Positions 26,080-32,974 of a stretch of 33,094 nucleotides of DNA are shown here, piece after piece. Position 1 is the first letter of the stretch, and each line of letters starts with the position of its first letter. The position numbers and the translations under genes are program-made. The stretch comes from Armatimonadota bacterium (GTDB lineage Bacteria > Armatimonadota > Zipacnadia > Zipacnadales > VGFC01): assembly GCA_016869015.1 (NCBI GenBank), contig VGFB01000001.1, forward strand, positions 1-33,094. Reading direction: 5' to 3'. The notes under the pieces were generated by a model. That model saw only the letters and a program-made list of their open reading frames with translations, searched no databases and was not told the DNA's origin.

Positions 26080-28965
26080 TCAGGAAACGGTTCCTGACCC
26101 CGTTTCCCTCAGGCCGACGCGGACCTCCGCCTCTGCCGCGTTCAGTCCGTCCGCCTCGGCGGTCAGGCGCAGCGTGCCGGGCTCGTTGCCGGCCTTGAGG
26201 ACCACGAGGCAGCGGCCCTGGTAGGCCTTGCGCTGCGGCTGCTGGAAGCTCTCGACGCTGCGCGGATCGCTGCTGCCGACGGCGACGATGGCGCCGGGAC
26301 CGGTGAGCGAGAAGCGGATCGGTGTCGCGGCGTTGGGGTCCACAACGCCCTGCGCGTCGGTGACGGTGACGGTCACGTAGGAGAGGTCCTGCCCGTCGGC
26401 GGTGAGGGTCTTGCGATCCGGAGCGAGGCGAATCGCTGCGGCCGCGCCGGCGGTCTTGAGGGGCCAGCGAGCGACCTCCTTGCCGTCGGCGTCGAGCCCC
26501 GTGGCCACCAGCTCACCCGCAGCGTAGGGGACCTCATAGGTCGCCGTGAAGCGCGTGTCGCGTGTTGTGTCCTTCACGCCGAGGTCCGCTCCGTTGAGCG
26601 TCAGCCGGACCTGCGGGCACGCGGAGTAGACCCGCACGGTGAGGGGCTTGCCCTCCTGGCCGGGCCACGTCCACGAGGGGCGCTCATCGTGCCAGCCCCA
26701 GCCGAAGACGGTCTCGGTGGTTTTGCCCGGGGGCGGCGGAGCCTGCACGAAGCACGCGACCTTCTGCCCGACGCCCCAGACCACATCACGGTAGTAGGAC
26801 TGCGGGCGCTTGAAGCCGCAGATGTCGATGTCTCCGCAGTTCGCCGCGGTCCAGGGCCAGAGCGCGTACTGGCTCGGCTCGCCCTCGTACTGAACGTGGC
26901 CCAGGGCGACCTCGCCGAGGTAGTCGAAGGCGGTCCAGACGAAGTCGCCGATGACGTAGGGGTTGTCGACGGTCGCCATCCACGAGTCGAAGCACTGGTT
27001 CGGGAAGGACTCGGTCCCGGCGATCACGCGCGTCGGAACGCGGTCGTGGTCCGGCGCGTAGCGGTCCCACTTGTAGTTGTAGCCGGACACTCCCAAGCGA
27101 CCGAACAGCGGATCGAGATTCTCCCACGGATCGGTGCCCGGATGCGCGCCGATCGTGGTCGGGCGGGTGGGATCGAGGGAGCGCACGTACTCGGCGAGCA
27201 TCGCGCCGATCTCGTCGCCCTCGGGCGAGCCCTGTTCGATGACCTCATTGCCGATGCTCCAGAGGATCACGCTCGGGTGGTTGCGGTCGCGCAGGACCAT
27301 CGCCTGGATGTCGCGCTGCCACCAGTCGTCGAAGAAGCGCGCGTAGTCCTGCGGGTTCTTGGGCTTCCGCCAGCAGTCGAAGGCCTCGTCGATCACCACG
27401 ACCCCCAGCCGATCGCAGGCGTCGAGGAAGGCGGGGGAGGGGGGATTATGGCTGGTGCGGATGGCGTTGAAGCCGCTGGCCTTGAGCAGCTCGACTCGGC
27501 GCTCCTCGGCGCGGTCGTACGTGCGCGCGCCCAGGGGGCCGTTGTCGTGGTGCACGCAGCCGCCGCGCAGCTTCAGCGACTTGCCGTTCAACAGGAACCC
27601 GGTCCCCGGGCCGAATCGAATGTCCCGGACCCCGAAGGGCGTCTCGGTCCGGTCGACCGCGTTCCCGTCGACGGCGACCGTCGTGCGCAGCGTGTAGAGC
27701 GTCGGCGAGTCGGTGGACCAGAGCGCCGGGTTCGGGAGCGCGAGGTCCTGCTCGAGGACGGTGGGCTTCCACGGCGGGATGGCGGCGTCGGAGGAGACGG
27801 TTGCGGCGACCTTGCCCGCGGCGTCGACGACCTCCGAGGTGATGGCGGCCTGCGATTCCCTCGGCTGCTCATTGCGCAGCGTCGTGGCGACGTGCACGCT
27901 TGCTTGCGTCGGGCTGACCTCCGGCGTCGTGACGAAGACGCCCCACTCCTCTACATGCAGCGGCGCCGTCGCGGTCAGCCACACATGCCGGTAGATCCCC
28001 GCGCCGGGGAACCAGCGGCTGGTCTTGCCCGAGGCGTTCACGCGCACCGCAAGAACGTTGCGGTCTTCCCCGTAGTGCAGGAAGGGGTTCAGGTCCACAT
28101 GGAAGCCGGTGTACCCATAGGCATGCTCGCCGATGCGCTGGCCGTTCAGCCAGACCTCCGAGTCCATGTAGACGCCGTCGAAGGTGAGCTGAAAACGCTT
28201 CCCGCGCTGCGCCTCGGGGATGACGAAGGCCTTCCGGTACCAGCCGACGCCGCCCACTGTGAAGCCGACTGCGCCGCCGCCCTCGGCCTCCGAGTCGAAG
28301 GGGCCGCTCTGCATCGGCGCGGCGACCGCCTCGTACAGCCCCCCGGGGCCGTTGTCATCGTAGACCCGCACCGCCACCACGTCGGTCCCGTCGCCCCTCA
28401 ACAGCTTCGCGGGCACGCGGTAGCGCCGCGGCTTCTCCCAGGCGCTCTGGTAACCCGGCGGGAACGAGCCCGTCCCGCCGACGCGCTCCCCGTTCACGAA
28501 CGTCTCGTCAACGTCATCGACCTTGCCCACCACCAGCAGCAGGTCCTTCCCGCGCATGGCCTCCGGGATCTCAAGCTTCCTCCGGTACCAGCCGAAGGCG
28601 CGGTCGGCCGTCTGTCCGTGGCTCTCCCAGTGCGCCGGCAGCTCGACGGCCTGCCAGTCCGAATCGTCGAGAGCCGGGTCCTTCCACGCAGCGTCATCGC
28701 CGGACTTGAACCGCCAGGTGCCCTTGGCGATCGACAGCGCGCCCATCTGCCCTCCGGCGCCCGGCAGGTCCTCGACGCTCCAGTCATGGGGCAACTCGAC
28801 CTCCCGCCACGCCGAGTCGTCGAAGTCCGCGCGGTAGGCGTCGGGGGCGTCCCCGCGCTGGAAGCGCCAGCCCGCGTCCCAGCGCTCCTGGATCCGCTGC
28901 GCGTCCGCCGCCGTACACAGCAGCACAGCTACGGCGATCGTCAGCCAACCGAGATGATGGTCCAT
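26080..28965 (-). CDS. Secreted glycoside hydrolase family 2 (beta-galactosidase/beta-glucuronidase-like)
   Basis: The ORF extends to 28974 (GTG). ATG at 28965 has better GGGAG spacing and gives MDHHLGWLTIAVAVLLCTAADA. Two DDSxW...ELPxxW sugar-binding-type segments are present, with SHNPPSPAFLDACDRLGVVVIDE and NHPSVILWSIGNE. It lies 16 nt upstream of the next gene. Confidence 0.9.
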   Translation of the reverse strand: MDHHLGWLTIAVAVLLCTAADAQRIQERWDAGWRFQRGDAPDAYRADFDDSAWREVELPHDWSVEDLPGAGGQMGALSIAKGTWRFKSGDDAAWKDPALDDSDWQAVELPAHWESHGQTADRAFGWYRRKLEIPEAMRGKDLLLVVGKVDDVDETFVNGERVGGTGSFPPGYQSAWEKPRRYRVPAKLLRGDGTDVVAVRVYDDNGPGGLYEAVAAPMQSGPFDSEAEGGGAVGFTVGGVGWYRKAFVIPEAQRGKRFQLTFDGVYMDSEVWLNGQRIGEHAYGYTGFHVDLNPFLHYGEDRNVLAVRVNASGKTSRWFPGAGIYRHVWLTATAPLHVEEWGVFVTTPEVSPTQASVHVATTLRNEQPRESQAAITSEVVDAAGKVAATVSSDAAIPPWKPTVLEQDLALPNPALWSTDSPTLYTLRTTVAVDGNAVDRTETPFGVRDIRFGPGTGFLLNGKSLKLRGGCVHHDNGPLGARTYDRAEERRVELLKASGFNAIRTSHNPPSPAFLDACDRLGVVVIDEAFDCWRKPKNPQDYARFFDDWWQRDIQAMVLRDRNHPSVILWSIGNEVIEQGSPEGDEIGAMLAEYVRSLDPTRPTTIGAHPGTDPWENLDPLFGRLGVSGYNYKWDRYAPDHDRVPTRVIAGTESFPNQCFDSWMATVDNPYVIGDFVWTAFDYLGEVALGHVQYEGEPSQYALWPWTAANCGDIDICGFKRPQSYYRDVVWGVGQKVACFVQAPPPPGKTTETVFGWGWHDERPSWTWPGQEGKPLTVRVYSACPQVRLTLNGADLGVKDTTRDTRFTATYEVPYAAGELVATGLDADGKEVARWPLKTAGAAAAIRLAPDRKTLTADGQDLSYVTVTVTDAQGVVDPNAATPIRFSLTGPGAIVAVGSSDPRSVESFQQPQRKAYQGRCLVVLKAGNEPGTLRLTAEADGLNAAEAEVRVGLRETGSGTVS

Positions 28966-29000
28966 GCGAGTCACTCCCTGAGGTGAAGTCGGGCCACGGG

Positions 29001-29116
29001 AACGGCAACGGGAACGAAAGGGGGGAGAATGGAAGAGGGACAGAAGTTCTCAGGACAGGCCTGCTTCGCCGTTCTTCCAGGCTTCCATTCTTCCCCCTTT
29101 CGTTGCCGTCGCCGTT
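29001..29116. repeat. Long imperfect inverted repeat at the glycosidase cluster / phage-like module boundary
   Basis: The 35-nt arms at 29001-29035 and 29082-29116 match at 32 of 35 positions when reverse-complemented, with a 46-nt spacer. The right arm overlaps the TAA stop of the XRE gene. Confidence 0.75.
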
Positions 29117-29591
29117 AGCCTCTGCCCTTGCGGCGTTCCTTGATCAGCACGTCCAGCCATTGGCCGGGCGTCCAGCCCATCGCCCCGCGCGCGCCGCGAG
29201 TCGTATCTCGCGGATCGGCGAAGCCCACCAGATCGTCGAGCTCGTCCTGGCGGAGGGGCAGCCCCATGTCGATCAGCTGCTGCAGGCCGCCGGGCATCGC
29301 CGGCTCGTCGGGGTCGTAGCTCGCGACGGCGCGACTTCGTCGCCGTGCCCTGGGAGGGCGGACGCCCTCGTCCGCAGTGGTGGCAGGCGGAGTCGTTCCC
29401 TCGCCGACGAACCACGTCGCCGGTCTGCCGGTCGCGGCGGCGATGCGGTTCACCACGCTCCCCGGCGGTTCGATGCGCCCCTTCTCATAGCCGCGTACTG
29501 TGTCGGCGCTCTTCCCGATCTGCTTCGCAAGGGCAGCCTGCGACAGTTGGGCTTCTCTACGAGCGCGACGAATCCGCTCCGGATCGAACAT
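29115..29591 (-). CDS. XRE/Cro-CI family HTH transcriptional regulator (repressor-like)
   Basis: 158-aa ORF with the N-terminal HTH LSQAALAKQIGKSADTVRGYEKGRIEP. It is divergent from a consensus promoter. Confidence 0.85.
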   Translation of the reverse strand: MFDPERIRRARREAQLSQAALAKQIGKSADTVRGYEKGRIEPPGSVVNRIAAATGRPATWFVGEGTTPPATTADEGVRPPRARRRSRAVASYDPDEPAMPGGLQQLIDMGLPLRQDELDDLVGFADPRDTTRGARGAMGWTPGQWLDVLIKERRKGRG

Positions 29592-29675
29592 GGCGACAGC
29601 CCCCTGCTTACTGCGTGCTGGTTGGTTCGACGTAGGCTGTGAATCTCATTCATGTACAGCTGGGGATTGGGGAGA

Positions 29676-29746
29676 GGGGCGGACACGTGGGTCCGCCCCT
29701 ACAGCGACCAGGCGATGGGACCGTAGGGGCGGACCCACGTGTCCGC
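29676..29746. repeat. REPIN-like doublet: two inverted REPs with GTAG heads
   Basis: GGGGCGGACACGTGGGTCCGCCCCTAC (29676-29702) and GTAGGGGCGGACCCACGTGTCCGC (29723-29746) are reverse complements of each other, separated by 20 nt. Confidence 0.8.
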
Positions 29747-29755
29747 TCACGGGAC

Positions 29756-29784
29756 TTGACATGGGCCGTTGACGTGAGTATAAT
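29756..29784 (+). promoter_or_regulatory. Consensus sigma-70-type promoter facing the 29840 gene
   Basis: TTGACA (29756-29761), a 17-nt spacer and TATAAT (29779-29784), in an AT-rich island within GC-rich DNA. GGAGGAG plus a TTG start follow at 29827-29842. Confidence 0.6.
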
Positions 29785-29839
29785 TCACTTATGTGAGTCT
29801 ACTTCACTATAACCGCGCTGTCAACTGGAGGAGAGCCTG

Positions 29840-30115
29840 TTGCTGACGGAATCTCAGATGTGCTTGCGGGTCGATGTGCAGAGGGCCTTGGAGTGCCTCG
29901 CGGAGGAGGAGAGGTTTCTGCTGTGGGCGACGCTGGAGCTGGAGTGTACGTTGGATGATGTTGGGCGGGCTCTGGGGTGCTCCCGCGACCGGTGTTTCCG
30001 GGTCCTTAACCGGGCCATGGCCCACTTGCGTCGCAAGCTCCGGTGTTATGCCACTCAGGCAGGCAAGACCGAGGCACGGTATCGATGGAGAACATCTGTT
30101 CGAATATCGCGATGA
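29840..30115 (+). CDS. Small sigma-70 region-4-like HTH protein
   Basis: 91-aa ORF with a TTG start 6-7 nt after GGAGGAG. VQRALECLAEEERFLLWATLELECTLDDVGRALGCSRDRCFRVLNRAMAHLRRKL follows the ECF region 4.2 pattern. No region 2 is present. Confidence 0.65.
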   Translation: MLTESQMCLRVDVQRALECLAEEERFLLWATLELECTLDDVGRALGCSRDRCFRVLNRAMAHLRRKLRCYATQAGKTEARYRWRTSVRISR

Positions 30116-30179
30116 AGGGTGGGGTCAGAGGCACATATACAGTGGAGGCACACGAAAGGAGCACGGTGATCCGAACGTG

Positions 30180-30548
30180 ATGGCGACCGCAGTGACGACG
30201 GTCAGTGTTCCGCAGCGCTGGTCTCGGCGCTTTTCTTTGGCCTCAAACATCGAACATCTGCTCGATTGGGCGGAGCCGATCATCCGGAAGACGTGCCGAG
30301 AGGCCTGGCAGCACTCCCCCCGCCGGGGCTACGAACTGGCGGACCTCCACCAGGAGGGACGGATTGAGGTCTTCCTCGGCGCGGAGAGAATCATGGCCGC
30401 CCAGGACCCCGCAGCAATGACCGCAACACTGGTTCGCCGGCGCGCCCTCAAGGCCGCCCGCAGCCTCTCCGACCGCTACTCCCGTCCGCAGCGACCGAAA
30501 CCCACCGACCAAGCCACCGATGACGCAGCCGACCCGCCCGAGGCTTAG
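30180..30548 (+). CDS. Small protein with weak sigma-70 region-2-like features
   Basis: ATG at 30180 lies within ORF 29874-30548, preceded by AAGGAG. IIRKTCREAWQHSPRRGYELADLHQEGRIEVFLGAERI loosely resembles region 2.1-2.2 (DL.QEG.I.L..A). The assignment is tentative. Confidence 0.5.
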   Translation: MATAVTTVSVPQRWSRRFSLASNIEHLLDWAEPIIRKTCREAWQHSPRRGYELADLHQEGRIEVFLGAERIMAAQDPAAMTATLVRRRALKAARSLSDRYSRPQRPKPTDQATDDAADPPEA

Positions 30549-30553
30549 TGCCC

Positions 30554-30690
30554 TGTCAGCCGTGAAGCCTTGGGTCGTCGTGGGTCGGCTCACCAGAGCC
30601 GACAGAGCCTTCAGGTCAATGCCGGACGGCGTCGGCTCTGGTGAGCCGACCCACGACGACAAACGGCAACTGCCAGAATCACGGCTGACA
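30554..30690. repeat. About 137-bp nested palindromic element, copy 1
   Basis: Perfect 30-bp arms 30574-30603 / 30631-30660 with a 27-nt loop. Outer arms TGTCAGCCGTGA (30554-30565) / TCACGGCTGACA (30679-30690). Each long arm contains its own 8-bp hairpin: GTCGGCTC-ACCA-GAGCCGAC in the left arm and GTCGGCTC-TGGT-GAGCCGAC in the right arm. Confidence 0.9.
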
Positions 30691-31018
30691 CGCCACTAGT
30701 CGCCTCCCCGACACCCGGCCGCCCGGTCGTCACCCCCGATGCCCGGGCGGTCCGGGGCCTCCTCACGGTGCGGACCAAGCGACGGCGCGGCTCGGGAGAG
30801 CCGCGGGCACGAGCGACACGGAGATGGGAGGCGCGGAACCCGACGACGACGGGCTGCGCCACGCTCACTGCCTCCCCGCACCGTGTCCCGTCATCCAGAG
30901 CGATCGCCCGCGTCGCCGGGTTCCTTCAGGGCCCTGCAACGGTCCTGCCAGTCGGGCCGTCGCCGCCCACTTCGCACTTCTCGCTTCTCACTCATCACCT
31001 GCCACAGGTAGTGATCCC

Positions 31019-31432
31019 ATGCCCAAGCAACGCGACCTCGTGAAGGAGGTCATCCGAGCCCATGCCTCGCCAGATGTCGCGACGTGGGAGGCGGCGGCGC
31101 AGAAGGCCGGGCTAGATCCCAAGCGCCTCGCCTGGTGGCGGCGCCGGCCCGAGTGGCCGGAGCTGTGTCGGGAGGTGGGGGAGGAGGAGCTGGCGCGGGC
31201 CTTGCCGATCGCGGCGCGCCGGCTGGTGGAAACGGCGCGCACCGACAAGTCCTCCTCGGGCGTCACGGCGGCGAAGGCCCTCATCGACATCTGCCTCGAT
31301 CGAGGCCCCAACCAAGACGCCTCCCCGATGGACGGCGCAGGCGAGGAGATCGACTTTGGCGCGCTCACCGAGCAAGAGCGTGAAATCGCCTGCAAGCTGC
31401 TGGCTAAGTTTGCGGGCGGAGCCGTTGGCTGA
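31019..31432 (+). CDS. Putative terminase small subunit / DNA-packaging HTH protein
   Basis: ATG at 31019 lies inside ORF 30824-31432. The 137-aa helical protein is directly upstream of, and overlapping, terL. The assignment rests mainly on position and size. Confidence 0.5.
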   Translation: MPKQRDLVKEVIRAHASPDVATWEAAAQKAGLDPKRLAWWRRRPEWPELCREVGEEELARALPIAARRLVETARTDKSSSGVTAAKALIDICLDRGPNQDASPMDGAGEEIDFGALTEQEREIACKLLAKFAGGAVG

Positions 31433-32876
31433 ACGGAAGCGCCAACTGGCGCGAATCGTCGCCCAGCGCGGCGAGCTGCGGGCCTTCTGCGCGCTGATCG
31501 GCTACCGGCCGCATCGGGCGCAGTGGGCGGTTCACCGCTGCGGGGCGTTGCGCCGCGTGGTGCGCTGGGGACGCCGTGCAGGCAAGACGCTCCTGGCCGC
31601 GGTCGAGGCCGCCTTCTGCCTGCTGCAGGACGGGAAGCGCGTCTGGATTGTGGCCCCCGACCACGAGCTGACCGGGCGCGTCTGGGACGAGGTCGTGCGC
31701 ATCCTGTGCGACGTGCTGGGCTTCGTGCCCACGGTGCGCCACGACAACCCCCCGCGGAAGCTGGCCTTTGAATGGGGCTCAATTTGCGAGGGGAAGAGCA
31801 CCGACCCCGGCGCGCAGAAGAGCCTGGTAGGCGCGGCCGTCGACCTGCTGATCTGGGATGAGGTCGCGAAGAGCCCGGGGAGCGTCTGGGAACGAAAGCT
31901 GCACCCCAACCTCGCCGACCGGCAGGGCCGCGCGCTGTTCATCAGCACCCCCGAGGGCTACAACCACTTCCACGACCTGTGGCAGCGAGGCAACGGGGGC
32001 GATCCGGCGTGGAAGAGCTTCTGGGCACCCAGCAGCGTGAACCCCAACCTGCCCAAGGTCGCCCTCGAGGAGGCCCGCCGCACCTACAGCCGCGAGGCCT
32101 TCCTGCAGGAATGGGAGGCGAAGTTCACCCACTTCACCGGACAGGTCTACTCGGAGTTCGATGAGGCCCTGCACGTGAAGCCGCTGAAGTACGACCCGGA
32201 CTTGCCGCTGGCGCTGGCCATCGACTTCGGCGTCGAGAACCCCTTCGTCTGCCTGTGGGTTCAGTTCACCCCCGAGGACAAGCTGCTCATCCTCGATGAG
32301 TACGTGGAGCGCGGGAAGACGACCTTGGAGAACGGCGAGCGGCTGCTGGAGCATCACCGCCAGATGGGTTACGGCCCCATCGTCTGGGCCGCCGCCGATC
32401 CGTCCGCGAAAGATGGGCGCCTGACCCTCAAGCAGCACTGCGGCCTGCCCACGGTCTTCCGCCGTCTGAGCACGCGCGGCGATCGGGTGGGCGAGAAGCG
32501 CGCAGGGATCGAGCAGATCCGACGGCTGCTACTCCCGGTCTCAGGTCCTGGGTCTCAGGTCTCCGGCCCGACCGCCGGCCGGCGCGAACCCGAGACCCAG
32601 GACCCAAGACCCGAGACCCGCCTCTACATCGACCCGCGGTGCAAGGAGACGATCCGCGAGTTCAACCTCTACCGCTACCCCGAGCGCGCCGAGGGCCGCA
32701 ACGCCGACGAGGAGCCCGAGAAGACCGACGACCACTGCATGGACGCCCTGCGGTACGCGATCGCCGTCTGGCTGGCGCGCATCCCCGAGCGCGAGCGACT
32801 GAAACTGAAGGCGAATGGGAATGGACCGCTCCGGAAGGCGCGGGATAGGTTGATGGAGAGGGTCAGGGGCGACTGA
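31356..32876 (+). CDS. Phage terminase large subunit
   Basis: Walker A WGRRAGKT and Walker B DLLIWDE. Nuclease-domain motifs LAIDFGVENPF and DDHCMDALRYA. TTG at 31356 has GAGGAG 7 nt upstream; alternative TTG starts are at 31410 and 31425. Confidence 0.9.
   Translation: MARSPSKSVKSPASCWLSLRAEPLAERKRQLARIVAQRGELRAFCALIGYRPHRAQWAVHRCGALRRVVRWGRRAGKTLLAAVEAAFCLLQDGKRVWIVAPDHELTGRVWDEVVRILCDVLGFVPTVRHDNPPRKLAFEWGSICEGKSTDPGAQKSLVGAAVDLLIWDEVAKSPGSVWERKLHPNLADRQGRALFISTPEGYNHFHDLWQRGNGGDPAWKSFWAPSSVNPNLPKVALEEARRTYSREAFLQEWEAKFTHFTGQVYSEFDEALHVKPLKYDPDLPLALAIDFGVENPFVCLWVQFTPEDKLLILDEYVERGKTTLENGERLLEHHRQMGYGPIVWAAADPSAKDGRLTLKQHCGLPTVFRRLSTRGDRVGEKRAGIEQIRRLLLPVSGPGSQVSGPTAGRREPETQDPRPETRLYIDPRCKETIREFNLYRYPERAEGRNADEEPEKTDDHCMDALRYAIAVWLARIPERERLKLKANGNGPLRKARDRLMERVRGD
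32538..32618. repeat. 81-nt imperfect palindrome in frame inside terL
   Basis: GGTCTCAGGTCCTGGGTCTCAGGTCTC ... GAGACCCAGGACCCAAGACCCGAGACC. The segment is exactly 27 codons and encodes VSGPGSQVSGPTAGRREPETQDPRPET. Confidence 0.75.
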
Positions 32877-32879
32877 CCC

Positions 32880-32951
32880 TTGACAGGCGGGGCGGAGAGG
32901 GTTATTACATGGATCCACGCCATCATGTAATAACGTCCGCGCGTATTACAT
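32880..32951 (+). promoter_or_regulatory. Promoter-like element plus an AT-rich TTATTACAT motif triplet downstream of terL
   Basis: TTGACA (32880-32885), a 17-nt spacer and TATTAC (32903-32908). Perfect inverted repeat GTTATTACATG (32901-32911) / CATGTAATAAC (32924-32934), and a third TATTACAT at 32944-32951. Confidence 0.4.
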
Positions 32952-32974
32952 ACTACCCAAGTTAGCCAGTGGTC

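Larger units (their letters stand above)
29639..29807. promoter_or_regulatory. Three operator-like 15-mers, GTGAGT-N4-TTCAC
   Basis: GTGAGTATAATTCAC (29774-29788, overlaps the -10), GTGAGTCTACTTCAC (29793-29807) and the degenerate GTGAATCTCATTCAT (29639-29653, 48 nt upstream of the XRE ATG). Confidence 0.4.

Noticed and set aside
547-28986. Very long ORFs antisense to the called genes. They are 547-2823, 2048-5545, 6821-9811, 10325-11860, 14542-15912, 17760-19838, 20622-22265, 22593-25169 and 26689-28986.
   Set aside because: Their products are Arg/Ala/Gly/Pro-rich and low in complexity, with no recognisable motifs. Each one mirrors a gene on the opposite strand that has clear family motifs. 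This is the typical stop-codon-poor shadow frame of GC-rich DNA.
29001-29116. The long hairpin as a rho-independent terminator for the XRE gene. The same idea was considered for 998-1052 after glmM.
   Set aside because: No U-tract follows either stem on the transcribed strand, and both belong to repeat families seen elsewhere in the window.
29874-30179. 5-prime extension of ORF 29874-30548 overlapping the region-4-like gene.
   Set aside because: It overlaps a better-supported ORF in another frame, and its composition is poor. ATG at 30180 preceded by AAGGAG is a more plausible start.
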